A DNA stretch of 64,000 nt from a bacterium. GTDB lineage: Bacteria > Desulfobacterota_D > UBA1144. How positions within the stretch are numbered: position 1 is the first letter of the stretch; each line of letters starts with the position of its first letter. The notes under the pieces were generated by a model, which made no database searches, was not told the origin of the DNA, and was given only the letters and a program-made list of their open reading frames with translations. The stretch is taken from assembly GCA_018654605.1 (NCBI GenBank), contig JABILG010000018.1, positions 24,702 to 88,701 on the forward strand, written 5' to 3'. Both the position numbers and the translations under genes were made by a program. This document shows, piece after piece, positions 1 through 9,198 of this stretch.

Positions 1-417
1 GCAAAGCTTAAGAATGAAGCGATGATTAAAAAAAGTTTATTTGAGATGCTTACAGAAATAAATTATGCGTTAGTTATAATCATTTCAGCTTTAAAATCTA
101 AAAACATACAGAATATTTACGCTTTGATTGATAAAATATATGAATCTCAAAAAAGTAAAATTAATACTAATAATCTAAATAAATATTTAAAATCTTTAAT
201 TCTTAAATCCACTGCTCCTGTGAATAAGGGAAGAAGGCTTAAAATGTATTATGCAACTCAATCTAAAGGAGATGTTCCTTCTTTTGTATTGTTCTGCAAC
301 TTCGCAAAAGGGATACCTAATACATACAGAAGATTTATTGAAAAATCTATCAGAAACGAGTTTGACCTTGAGGGTATTAGCATTAAAGTTGCATATAGAA
401 CTTCAAGAAAAGAGTAG
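1..417 (+). CDS. der: GTPase Der (EngA), C-terminal fragment; 5' end lies outside the window
   Basis: The frame is open from nt 1. The C-terminal KH-like domain pattern (GRRLKMYYATQ..PSFVLFCN..YRRFIEKSIRNEFDLEGISIKV) matches the Der C-terminus. Confidence 0.6.
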   Translation, partial: AKLKNEAMIKKSLFEMLTEINYALVIIISALKSKNIQNIYALIDKIYESQKSKINTNNLNKYLKSLILKSTAPVNKGRRLKMYYATQSKGDVPSFVLFCNFAKGIPNTYRRFIEKSIRNEFDLEGISIKVAYRTSRKE

Positions 418-1590
418 CCTAATTGTATCTAAAATCTTAGAAGCGATAATCCTAGAATCATATAAATTTACAGCCTTCTTTCTAGCTTCAAACGACATCT
501 TTAATCTAAGTTCTTCGTCTTCGATTAACTCCAACATTGAATCTATAAGGCTATTATCGTCCAGATTAAACGAATACCCATTTATTTTATGATCTATAGC
601 CTCACCTATCCCACCTATATTGTATCCTAATACCGGTTTCCCTAAGGACATTGATTCTATAACGACTCTTGGAAAGGGGTCTTCGTACATTGAAGGTATA
701 AAAAAAATGTCAAAGTCTACAATATAAGACTCAACTTTATCTGTATAGCCAGTAAAAATGAACTTATCATCTAAGTTTTCTTCTTTTACCATACTTTTAA
801 GCTTAGTCATTAGGGTTTGTCCAAAATAATGCGGGGTGTCACCAACTAAGACAAATAAGCAATCTTTTTTATATTTTTTACATACATCGATTCCCAACTG
901 TACAAAATGTTCAAAATTCTTTCTTGGAACAACTCTACCAGCAGTTCCAATAATGATTCTATCCTTGTTGACCTTAAACTTTTCTCTAAGTTCTCTTGTA
1001 ACTGTCATAGGATTAAATTCCTCTGTATCTATACCATTGTTAACAACCTTGCATTTCTCTTTATTTTTAAATTGAGACATAGTTGACTTTGAAACACAGA
1101 TAATTTTCTTTACTGAATCAAAATTAGAAAATAAATTAATTGAATACAATAAGAAAATATTTTTCTGATAATTTCTGACATGCCATACAACCTTAATTGA
1201 ATAGAGACTACCCAAGATCGCACCAAAGAACTTAGCCAGTGTTCCATTACAATAAATAATATCAATCTTATTTTTTTGTAATTCTTTTTTAAAATCAAAC
1301 AAAAGATAAATGAGCCTGAATAGATTTATCACTATGTCTAGAGGAAGAATTGAAATCTTCTTTCCACGGAAATGAAAGTTCTGTCTCTTTAAATTTTCTG
1401 GGAAATTATTGTCAATAATTTGATTTACTTTTAGATTTTCTCTTTCAATATTTTTAGAAAAAACTTTCTTTTCAGGAATCAAAACACTTACGTTAAACTG
1501 TTCATAATCAAAATGCTTAAGAAGATAATACAAACTTCTTCCCGGTCCACCATCTCTAATAGAATGGTTTATAAATAAAATATTTTTCAT
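403..1590 (-). CDS. glycosyltransferase family 4 (GT-B fold, group 1)
   Basis: 395 aa with the GT1 C-terminal signature (GRVVPRKNFEHFV, FIPSMYEDPFPRVVIESMSLGKPVLGYNIGGIGE). Confidence 0.7.
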   Translation of the reverse strand: MKNILFINHSIRDGGPGRSLYYLLKHFDYEQFNVSVLIPEKKVFSKNIERENLKVNQIIDNNFPENLKRQNFHFRGKKISILPLDIVINLFRLIYLLFDFKKELQKNKIDIIYCNGTLAKFFGAILGSLYSIKVVWHVRNYQKNIFLLYSINLFSNFDSVKKIICVSKSTMSQFKNKEKCKVVNNGIDTEEFNPMTVTRELREKFKVNKDRIIIGTAGRVVPRKNFEHFVQLGIDVCKKYKKDCLFVLVGDTPHYFGQTLMTKLKSMVKEENLDDKFIFTGYTDKVESYIVDFDIFFIPSMYEDPFPRVVIESMSLGKPVLGYNIGGIGEAIDHKINGYSFNLDDNSLIDSMLELIEDEELRLKMSFEARKKAVNLYDSRIIASKILDTIRLLFS

Positions 1591-1695
1591 AAAAACAAAA
1601 TAACATATTTTTCTTTCTATTCTTCATTAATGACTAATAAATTTATAGTTACTTGACAAATATAGTAATTATAAGAGAATACATGTTATAAAATT

Positions 1696-2610
1696 ATGAA
1701 AAAATCTAAGTATATTTGGTTTAATGGAAAGTTTGTTAGCTGGGACAAGGCTACAACCCACGTGTTAAGCCATGGCCTACATTATGGGTCAGGAATTTTT
1801 GAAGGAATAAGGGCTTATTCAAATAAGAATAAGGATTCATATATTTTTCGACTGAAGGATCACTATGATCGTTTTTATAATTCAGCTAAAGTTTCACTAA
1901 TAAAGCTACCCTATTCTCAGAAACAACTAGAAAAGGCAACTGTAGATTTGGTACGAAAGAATAATTTAAAAGACTGCTATATAAGACCATTAGCATTCAT
2001 TGGTGATGGTTCAATTGGCATAAATCCCGGAAATAATAAGATCAATGTAATAATTGCTGCATTCGAATGGGGTACATATTTAGGCAAAAATGGTATTTCA
2101 AACGGAATAAGAACTAAGATCTCGTCATTCGCTAGAATGGGTGTCAATTCTTTTATGACAAAGTCTAAAATTTCTGGGAATTACATTAATTCTGTATTTG
2201 CAAAAAGGGAAGCTATACAACTTGGCTATGACGAAGCCTTGATGCTGGATAATGATGGCTACATTTCTGAGGGAACAGGAGAAAATATTTATATAGTAAG
2301 AAATAGCGTAATTAAAACTACTCCTATAACAACTGTTTTAGAGGGTATAACCAGAGACTGTGTTTTTAAGATTGCTTCAGACTATGGAATAGAAATAAAA
2401 GAACAAAGATTCACAAGAGATGAGTTGTATATTTCAGATGAGGTTTTTCTATCTGGAACTGCTGCTGAAATAACACCTGTTAGAGAGGTTGACGATAGAA
2501 AGCTTGGTAAAGGCAAACCCGGCAAGGTGACAAGACTAATTCAAAATGAATACTCTAAGATTGTAAAAGGATCGAACAATAAATACTTAAAGTGGCTAAC
2601 TAAGATTTAA
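1696..2610 (+). CDS. ilvE: branched-chain amino acid aminotransferase
   Basis: 304 aa. The N-terminus (IWFNGKFVSWDKATTHVLSHGLHYGSGIFEGIRAY) is typical of class IV aminotransferase / IlvE. Confidence 0.8.
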   Translation: MKKSKYIWFNGKFVSWDKATTHVLSHGLHYGSGIFEGIRAYSNKNKDSYIFRLKDHYDRFYNSAKVSLIKLPYSQKQLEKATVDLVRKNNLKDCYIRPLAFIGDGSIGINPGNNKINVIIAAFEWGTYLGKNGISNGIRTKISSFARMGVNSFMTKSKISGNYINSVFAKREAIQLGYDEALMLDNDGYISEGTGENIYIVRNSVIKTTPITTVLEGITRDCVFKIASDYGIEIKEQRFTRDELYISDEVFLSGTAAEITPVREVDDRKLGKGKPGKVTRLIQNEYSKIVKGSNNKYLKWLTKI

Positions 2611-4074
2611 ATAATTAATCAAACTCCTAACTCCGAATCCAGTAGACCCAGGCGCGCACCATCCTCTATCTTTATCTATATAGGCTGGTCCAGCAATATC
2701 AATATGTGACCAGGGCACCTTTTTGTCAACAAAAAATTCTAAGAACATTGCCGCTGTTATTGCACCTCCATATCTGGTTGAGGCAGAATTCTTAACATCA
2801 GCTACCTGACTATCAATTGAGGATCTAAGCTCTTCATCTAAAGGAAGTTGCCACATCTTTTCTCCGGACATTAAAGAGGCCTTTAACAACTTATCTTTTA
2901 ACGTAATGTTATTAGAAAATAAACCAGCTGTATAATTTCCTAAGGCTACCATGCAAGCTCCAGTAAGAGTCGCCAAATCTACCATTTCGTCAACTTTTAA
3001 TTTATTTGCATACTCAATTGCATCGGAGAGAACAACCCTACCTTCAGCATCAGTATTTATAACCTCTATAGTCTTTCCTGATAAACCCCTAACAACATCA
3101 TCTGGTTTGTAAGCATTCGGTCCTGGCATATTTTCTACTGCCGGAATCAAACCATGAACCTCAACATTCTTAGGTTGTAAGCTTTGAAGAGCTTTAAAAA
3201 CACCTAGGACGCAGCCTGCCCCTCCCATATCCATTTTCATTGTAAGCATATAATCTGCAGGTTTTAAGGACAGTCCGCCGGTATCATACGTTACACCTTT
3301 TCCAATCAAAGCTATTTTTTTAGATTTTTTCTTAGACACACTTGACTTGTATGTTAAATGTATGAATCTCGGCTCATTGACACTACCCTTCCCAACATCC
3401 CAAACACCTAGCATCTTTTTCTTAAGTATATCTTTCTTACCATATATTTTACATACGATATTTTTACTCTTTGCAATAGCTTTAGCTTGGTTAGCAAGAG
3501 CTACCGGAGTTAGACTCTGGGGTGGCTCGTTAATTAACTCCCTAGTCAAATTAACTCCTGAGAAAATATTCTGTGCCTCTTTGACTATAGTGCTAAATTG
3601 ACCAGAAGTAATAGAATCAATATCAATTCCAACCTTTAGCAAAGAAAAGTTATCTTTTTTAGTCTTGTACTTATCAAAACTATAAAAACCATTATACAAA
3701 CCCTGGATAGCGAGATTAATAAGCTTTTTATCTATAGTAATAGGGAAAATTATAGATAAATCTTTTGTTCTTTTTTTAGACTTAATTTGCGAATAAGTTA
3801 TAGAAGAGAAAGCTTTAAAAACCCTCTCCTCGTCTAATTTCTTAGCTTCGCCCAAGCCAATAAAGTTAATATTGATAGTTTTCTTTTCTGCTAAGACTTG
3901 GAAGCTAGCCTTCTCCATGAAATCAGCTTTGAACTGAGAATTTTTAAGTTCGAATAAAAATCTTACACCCAAATTAGATTCCAACGATTTCAGAGAATTA
4001 AGGCCACCATTTAAAACTGGAATAAATAATGTATTAGATACTTTTTTATTTGTAATTTTATATAAATTTATCAT
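2596..4074 (-). CDS. pepA: leucyl aminopeptidase (M17 family)
   Basis: 492 aa with M17 catalytic-domain motifs (NTDAEGRVVLSDAIEYA, GKGVTYDTGGLSLKP). Confidence 0.8.
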   Translation of the reverse strand: MINLYKITNKKVSNTLFIPVLNGGLNSLKSLESNLGVRFLFELKNSQFKADFMEKASFQVLAEKKTININFIGLGEAKKLDEERVFKAFSSITYSQIKSKKRTKDLSIIFPITIDKKLINLAIQGLYNGFYSFDKYKTKKDNFSLLKVGIDIDSITSGQFSTIVKEAQNIFSGVNLTRELINEPPQSLTPVALANQAKAIAKSKNIVCKIYGKKDILKKKMLGVWDVGKGSVNEPRFIHLTYKSSVSKKKSKKIALIGKGVTYDTGGLSLKPADYMLTMKMDMGGAGCVLGVFKALQSLQPKNVEVHGLIPAVENMPGPNAYKPDDVVRGLSGKTIEVINTDAEGRVVLSDAIEYANKLKVDEMVDLATLTGACMVALGNYTAGLFSNNITLKDKLLKASLMSGEKMWQLPLDEELRSSIDSQVADVKNSASTRYGGAITAAMFLEFFVDKKVPWSHIDIAGPAYIDKDRGWCAPGSTGFGVRSLINYLNLS

Positions 4075-4113
4075 TTTTTTATTATAACTAATCCTAAATA
4101 AACTGTATAATTT

Positions 4114-4833
4114 ATGTTAATCATTTCTGGTTGTTTTATGGAGAACATAACTGATTACTACTTATCAATAATTGCTGGGCTAGTTTCATTCTTTTCCCCA
4201 TGCATTTTGCCATTGTTCCCAATCTATCTTACTACTTTAGATGGTTCTATTGAAGATACAAGTAAGACAAATTATAAAATATTCTTTCGAAGCTTATTGT
4301 TTGTTTTTTCTTTTTGTTCCGTATTTGTCTTACTAGGTCTTTCCGCAACATCTATTGGTGTCTTCCTAAATTTAAATAAGTTTATTTTATTAAAAATATC
4401 AGGAGTTATGATAGTTCTTTTTGGAATCTTAAATTTATTTTATTATAAATTTCAAACTCTCAACAGAAGTTTCAATTTAATATCTTCTTCATCAGTTAAA
4501 CCTATAATGCTAGGATTATGCTTTGGTCTAGCTTGGACACCATGTGTTGGCCCTATTCTTGCTAGTATAATTACTTATTCAAGCATTGAGAAAGATTATA
4601 TTCATTCTATTATTATGCTCGTACTTTACTCACTAGGGCTTGGATTGCCTTTCATACTAGGAAGCTTTGGTATAAGAAAGGTGTTTTTGTCCTTTAAAAA
4701 TAATATTTTCTTCTTAAAGTTTTATCCTCCAATTATCGGACTAATTCTAATTTTATTTGGATATTTAGTTTATAATAACAAAATATACATATTAACAATA
4801 TATGTTCAAAAAATGCTAGAAAACTGGTTGTAA
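4114..4833 (+). CDS. ccdA: cytochrome c-type biogenesis thiol-disulfide transporter CcdA (DsbD core family)
   Basis: 239 aa polytopic membrane protein carrying the two conserved Cys-containing helices (FFSPCILPLFP and AWTPCVGPILA). Confidence 0.65.
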   Translation: MLIISGCFMENITDYYLSIIAGLVSFFSPCILPLFPIYLTTLDGSIEDTSKTNYKIFFRSLLFVFSFCSVFVLLGLSATSIGVFLNLNKFILLKISGVMIVLFGILNLFYYKFQTLNRSFNLISSSSVKPIMLGLCFGLAWTPCVGPILASIITYSSIEKDYIHSIIMLVLYSLGLGLPFILGSFGIRKVFLSFKNNIFFLKFYPPIIGLILILFGYLVYNNKIYILTIYVQKMLENWL

Positions 4834-4916
4834 TTCTTAATTAAAAAACCTATAATTAGTATTTCTTTTTAGGTATGATTAATGCAGTTACCGAATAGGG
4901 ATAAGGAGCTATAAAT

Positions 4917-6218
4917 ATGAGTATTGAAAAGAATTTAGAATTAAAACGTAAGGAAGCACTTGATTATCATTCAAGTTTTCCAAAAGGTAAAATTGAAACA
5001 AAAATTACAAAACCTAGCGAGACTGAAGAGCAGTTATCTCTTGCATATTCTCCATGGGTTGCTGAACCGTGCAAGGAAATTCATGCAGATGTAGAAAAAG
5101 TCTACGAATATACCAACAAGGGAAATCTTGTCGCTGTTATATCTAATGGTACTGCTGTTCTAGGATTAGGTGACTTGGGACCTGAGGCCAGCAAGCCAGT
5201 TATGGAAGGTAAAGCTGTATTATTTAAGAGATTTGCTCAAGTAGATGCTTTTGATATTGAAATTAAAACTAATGATATTGAAGAAATTATAAGAACTGTC
5301 GAATTATTAGAGCCGACATTTGGTGGAATTAATCTTGAAGATATTAAGGCCCCAGAATGTTTTAGGATAGAGGATGAGCTAAAAGCAAAGATGAACATCC
5401 CTGTGTTTCATGATGATCAACATGGGACAGCAATTATTTCTGGTGCAGGCCTAGTTAATGCCGTAGAAATCACCGGAAGAAAGATGTCCGAAATTAAGAT
5501 AAATATAAATGGTGCTGGTGCATCAGCTATTTCATGTGCAAGGTTGTTTATAACATTAGGGGCTGACCCTAAAAATATATTAATGTGTGACAGTAAAGGC
5601 GTTATATACAAAGGAAGGGATGGTTTAAATAAACAAAAAGAAGAGTTTGCAGTTGAAACTGAATGTAGAACATTGGCGGACACCTTTAAGGGCGGAGATG
5701 TATTCATTGGCCTTTCTATAGGGAATGTTGTTTCTAAAGAAATGATTCAAGATATGAATGATAACCCAATTATTTTTGCAATGGCTAACCCTGACCCTGA
5801 GATTTCACCAGAAGATGCTTTTGATGCCAGAAAAGATATTATAATGGCAACTGGAAGGACTGACTATCCAAATCAAGTTAATAACGTTTTAGGCTTCCCC
5901 TTTATATTTAGAGGTGCACTAGATGTAGCAGCAACTGACATAAATGAAGAAATGAAAGTTGCCGCATCTATAGCACTTGCAAAACTAGCTAAACTAGGAG
6001 CTGGCCCTGAAATAGCAAAAAAACATAATAGAGACAAGCTTGTTTTTGGTAAAGAATATATCGTTCCATCACCTTTTGATCCTAGAATACTAGTTTGGGA
6101 ATCTTACGCTGTAGCTAAAGCTGCGATTGAGACCGGAGTAGCTAGGAAGAAAATTGACCTTGAAGAATATAAGTCAAGACTAGAAAAAATGGCAGGTGTA
6201 GAGCCTCAAACTTTCTAA
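4917..6218 (+). CDS. NAD(P)-dependent malic enzyme (short form)
   Basis: 433 aa. An AAGGAG Shine-Dalgarno sits 8 nt upstream of the ATG. The malic-enzyme Rossmann and catalytic blocks are present ([20 protein letters not shown]). Confidence 0.75.
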   Translation: MSIEKNLELKRKEALDYHSSFPKGKIETKITKPSETEEQLSLAYSPWVAEPCKEIHADVEKVYEYTNKGNLVAVISNGTAVLGLGDLGPEASKPVMEGKAVLFKRFAQVDAFDIEIKTNDIEEIIRTVELLEPTFGGINLEDIKAPECFRIEDELKAKMNIPVFHDDQHGTAIISGAGLVNAVEITGRKMSEIKININGAGASAISCARLFITLGADPKNILMCDSKGVIYKGRDGLNKQKEEFAVETECRTLADTFKGGDVFIGLSIGNVVSKEMIQDMNDNPIIFAMANPDPEISPEDAFDARKDIIMATGRTDYPNQVNNVLGFPFIFRGALDVAATDINEEMKVAASIALAKLAKLGAGPEIAKKHNRDKLVFGKEYIVPSPFDPRILVWESYAVAKAAIETGVARKKIDLEEYKSRLEKMAGVEPQTF

Positions 6219-6220
6219 AA

Positions 6221-6772
6221 ATGACCTCTTTATTTAAATTCCCTTTTTTGCTGTTTATTGTCTTCAGCTTCTCTGTTTCATCTGCAGAACATGACTCATC
6301 TTCAAAGGGTTTAGTTAATTTAGATAAACGCTTTATCCCAATAAATAAAGAAATCATTCTTTCGCAAGAAATGACCATTATTGATGGAGATAAAAATTCT
6401 GAAATTATAATCCTAGATAATTTGGATGGTTTAAATATTGTAAACTTTTGGGCATCTTGGTGCAACCCCTGTATTGAAGAAATTTCTGAGCTAAACAAAT
6501 TCCAAGAGAATATTTATTCAAAAAACTTAAACGTAAGTCTTATTGGAATTAATATCTTTGATAAAAAGAAAGATGCGATTTCGTTTTACGTTAAATATAA
6601 ACCCTTTTTTAAGACCATCTTTGATAATAAAAATACTATATCTGTTAAATTTAGCGTAATGGGAGTACCTGAGACTTACTTTGTCAAAGACAATAAAATT
6701 TTGTTTAAATATATGGGTAAGATTAATCAGGAAATTTTAGAAAGAGGAATTGATGAAAGCAGTAAATATTAA
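6221..6772 (+). CDS. ccmG: periplasmic thiol:disulfide oxidoreductase CcmG/DsbE (TlpA-like thioredoxin)
   Basis: 183 aa with an N-terminal signal/anchor and the FWASWCNPCIEE active site (WASWCxPC). Confidence 0.65.
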   Translation: MTSLFKFPFLLFIVFSFSVSSAEHDSSSKGLVNLDKRFIPINKEIILSQEMTIIDGDKNSEIIILDNLDGLNIVNFWASWCNPCIEEISELNKFQENIYSKNLNVSLIGINIFDKKKDAISFYVKYKPFFKTIFDNKNTISVKFSVMGVPETYFVKDNKILFKYMGKINQEILERGIDESSKY

Positions 6773-7133
6773 ATTAATAATTTTATTAATCTTCTTATTT
6801 TCAGCTTTCAACAATGCTTTATCAGAAAATAAAATTTACAGTATATCAAATGAACTTATGTGTCCTGTATGCCAAGGTCAAACAGTAGCTGAATCAAACT
6901 CTCAATTAGCTCTATCAATGAAGGAAGTTATTAAAATTAAAGTTTCTGAAGGTAAGTCAAAAGAAGAAATATTAGACTACTTTGTCCTTCAATATGGTGA
7001 TACCATTCTAGCTAAACCCCCAATTAAGGGTTTTGGTTTACTCTTATGGATCCTACCTCCAGCAATATTAATCCTATCAATCCTAATGTGGACAATTAGA
7101 GTGAAGAAAAATAATAGAAATAGAGGAAAATAA
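6750..7133 (+). CDS. ccmH: cytochrome c-type biogenesis protein CcmH
   Basis: 127 aa with a signal peptide, the CPVCQGQTVAESNSQLA motif (LRCxxCQ) and a C-terminal TM helix. It overlaps the ccmG 3' end. Confidence 0.65.
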   Translation: MMKAVNIKLIILLIFLFSAFNNALSENKIYSISNELMCPVCQGQTVAESNSQLALSMKEVIKIKVSEGKSKEEILDYFVLQYGDTILAKPPIKGFGLLLWILPPAILILSILMWTIRVKKNNRNRGK

Positions 7134-7144
7134 AGGGTAGTGTT

Positions 7145-8233
7145 TTGACAAACAAGGAAATAGATAAAATAAATAATGACCTTGTTCGTTTTTCAAAATC
7201 AGAGTTTCTAAAGAACGAGATTAATGAGGCATTCTTTTTGTGGAATCAAAACGAATACTTTACCAAAGTGTTCAACGAAATAAGCGAAACAGACTCAAAT
7301 TATTTAAGATTTCTTGATTGGTTTATATATGACTACACTCTTGTTTCAACAGAAAGAACATTAGCTACCATGTACTTCGAGGATAATAGTGAAAAAGTTC
7401 CAGTATCTATCATAGACTCCTACAGAAGTATATTTAAGCATGAAAGAATTAACGGTAAAGACTATAAGATCAAAGACATTATTAAAAATGTCGAATATTG
7501 TATTTCAATTGAAGATACAGTTCCAGAGGAATCAATATTGTTATCATTGAGGATTATCAACGAAGAGAAAAGTAAAAATCTCAACTGCTCAAAAATTGGT
7601 CACATAGTTGCATACAACAAAGAGTATAAAGAAGTTATATACGACTCTTTGACAAATATTTTTAAGAAAACTAAAAATACACCTGACATAATTTGCAAAA
7701 ATTACTTCTATGTTATAGAAAAAGATATAAATAATATGATATCCAAGGTCCAGAATAAAGATGATCTCATAAACAATAAAGAAAAAGTTGCACATAAAGT
7801 CTTAAATTACCTATCAATTCTAGATAAAATCAAAGAAGACAAGAAACTAAAGCTAGTCTTAGAAGAATCAAATAAACTTTCTATTTTTAACTACTATGAT
7901 GAACTTAAAAATGAATATGGAAGCATGGAATTGTATAAGAATAGAATAGTATTCAATAATTTTAATGAGTTAACTCTAAACGATTATATTATAAAATTTA
8001 AGAATGATATCTCAGAAGTGGTTGAAGATGATGAGATATCAGAAGTTTGGTTAAATACTAAATTATCATTTTTTGACAACAAATCCCCAATTGAAGCAAA
8101 AAAATATAAAAAGTACAGAAAGAAGATGGAAGAAATATTAACTGACTTAGAACTCATATATGAAAGCAAATTATCCGAAGATGAGCCCAGTATTAACCCA
8201 AACTACATAAGAAAAAGGCTTAATCTAAACTGA
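7145..8233 (+). CDS. hypothetical protein, K/E/N-rich, no TM segment
   Basis: 362 aa ORF beginning at a TTG, with an AAAGGG Shine-Dalgarno-like sequence 8 nt upstream, directly after the ccmH stop. I recognise no family. Confidence 0.4.
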   Translation: MTNKEIDKINNDLVRFSKSEFLKNEINEAFFLWNQNEYFTKVFNEISETDSNYLRFLDWFIYDYTLVSTERTLATMYFEDNSEKVPVSIIDSYRSIFKHERINGKDYKIKDIIKNVEYCISIEDTVPEESILLSLRIINEEKSKNLNCSKIGHIVAYNKEYKEVIYDSLTNIFKKTKNTPDIICKNYFYVIEKDINNMISKVQNKDDLINNKEKVAHKVLNYLSILDKIKEDKKLKLVLEESNKLSIFNYYDELKNEYGSMELYKNRIVFNNFNELTLNDYIIKFKNDISEVVEDDEISEVWLNTKLSFFDNKSPIEAKKYKKYRKKMEEILTDLELIYESKLSEDEPSINPNYIRKRLNLN

Positions 8234-8234
8234 T

Positions 8235-9182
8235 TTATTCTAAGAAATCTTCAAAGGATTTACTGTGCTTAAAGATATAGTTCCCGTTATCTTTAAATAT
8301 AATCAGAATAGGAATACCCATCTCATATAGATTCTCGGAAAAAATTGTGTAATCAACTAAATTTAAGGTATTAGAAAGTATAGAATTGTTAACAGGAGAG
8401 TCAGAAGCAACAATAACAAAGAAATCATTATTTAAAGAAATCTGATTTGTTTTAAGGTTTATATTATAGGTCCTTATCTTATCATTTGAGTTCACCAGGT
8501 ATGAATAGCTATCCAGCTTCCTAATGGTAATTCCCACTTGCTTGATAGCGTTAGTGGTTTTTTTATCGAATAAATTACTGCTTTTATGGAAATTTCTTGA
8601 ATATACTGTATTCCCAAACTTTATAAAATATGAATTATAATTTTTACTTTCAAGTAGAAATTTGATATTTTGAACTATAATTCCATCGATTAATGAATCA
8701 AATGAAAGCCTAATGCATGAATATCTTTTTGAAAAGACATTAGTAATTTTGACATCGATATTAGAGATATTCATACATTTTTCAAACAACTTACTATTTA
8801 GCATAGGGCGAACTTTATCAATAGTAGAGACACTATAGAGAAGGGAGAAAGTTGTAGGATCATAGGCCTTCTTGGTTATCTCATTATAATCTTTCATTAA
8901 ACTAAAAGCATCAACGAACAAATCTGGAGCAGATATCTCCGAGTTCTTCTCTAATTCATTAAATTTTTTCAAAAATGAGCTAATTTCTGGATCTAGTATA
9001 GCCTCAATATATCTTAATTTTTTTTTAATTTTTTTGAAGATTTGTTTTTCATCATTCTCAGAATCAATAATTACTGTTAAGGAACCACCAAGTAAGTTAT
9101 AATCTTTCTTGTTTAAAGTATTAGAAAAAGAACAGTTGATTGTTAGTGAAAATAAAATAATAATTATATAAAATCTAAACAT
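8235..9182 (-). CDS. apbE: secreted ApbE-like FAD:protein FMN transferase (flavin transferase)
   Basis: Start placed at an internal Met that gives a signal peptide (MFRFYIIIILFSLTINCSFS). ApbE-like blocks: SEIS..(SELSRLN-like), AYDPTTFSL (AFDPTVGPL-like), and C-terminal VIVASDSPVNNSILSNTL (V.V.A....ADALSTAL-like). Confidence 0.5.
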   Translation of the reverse strand: MFRFYIIIILFSLTINCSFSNTLNKKDYNLLGGSLTVIIDSENDEKQIFKKIKKKLRYIEAILDPEISSFLKKFNELEKNSEISAPDLFVDAFSLMKDYNEITKKAYDPTTFSLLYSVSTIDKVRPMLNSKLFEKCMNISNIDVKITNVFSKRYSCIRLSFDSLIDGIIVQNIKFLLESKNYNSYFIKFGNTVYSRNFHKSSNLFDKKTTNAIKQVGITIRKLDSYSYLVNSNDKIRTYNINLKTNQISLNNDFFVIVASDSPVNNSILSNTLNLVDYTIFSENLYEMGIPILIIFKDNGNYIFKHSKSFEDFLE

Positions 9183-9198
9183 AACATTGTAGGCAAAA

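Noticed and set aside
1653-1681. TTGACA hexamer in the GT4/ilvE divergent spacer as a possible sigma-70 -35 box
   Set aside because: No acceptable -10 hexamer at 16-18 nt spacing. In this AT-rich background a lone hexamer match is not evidence.
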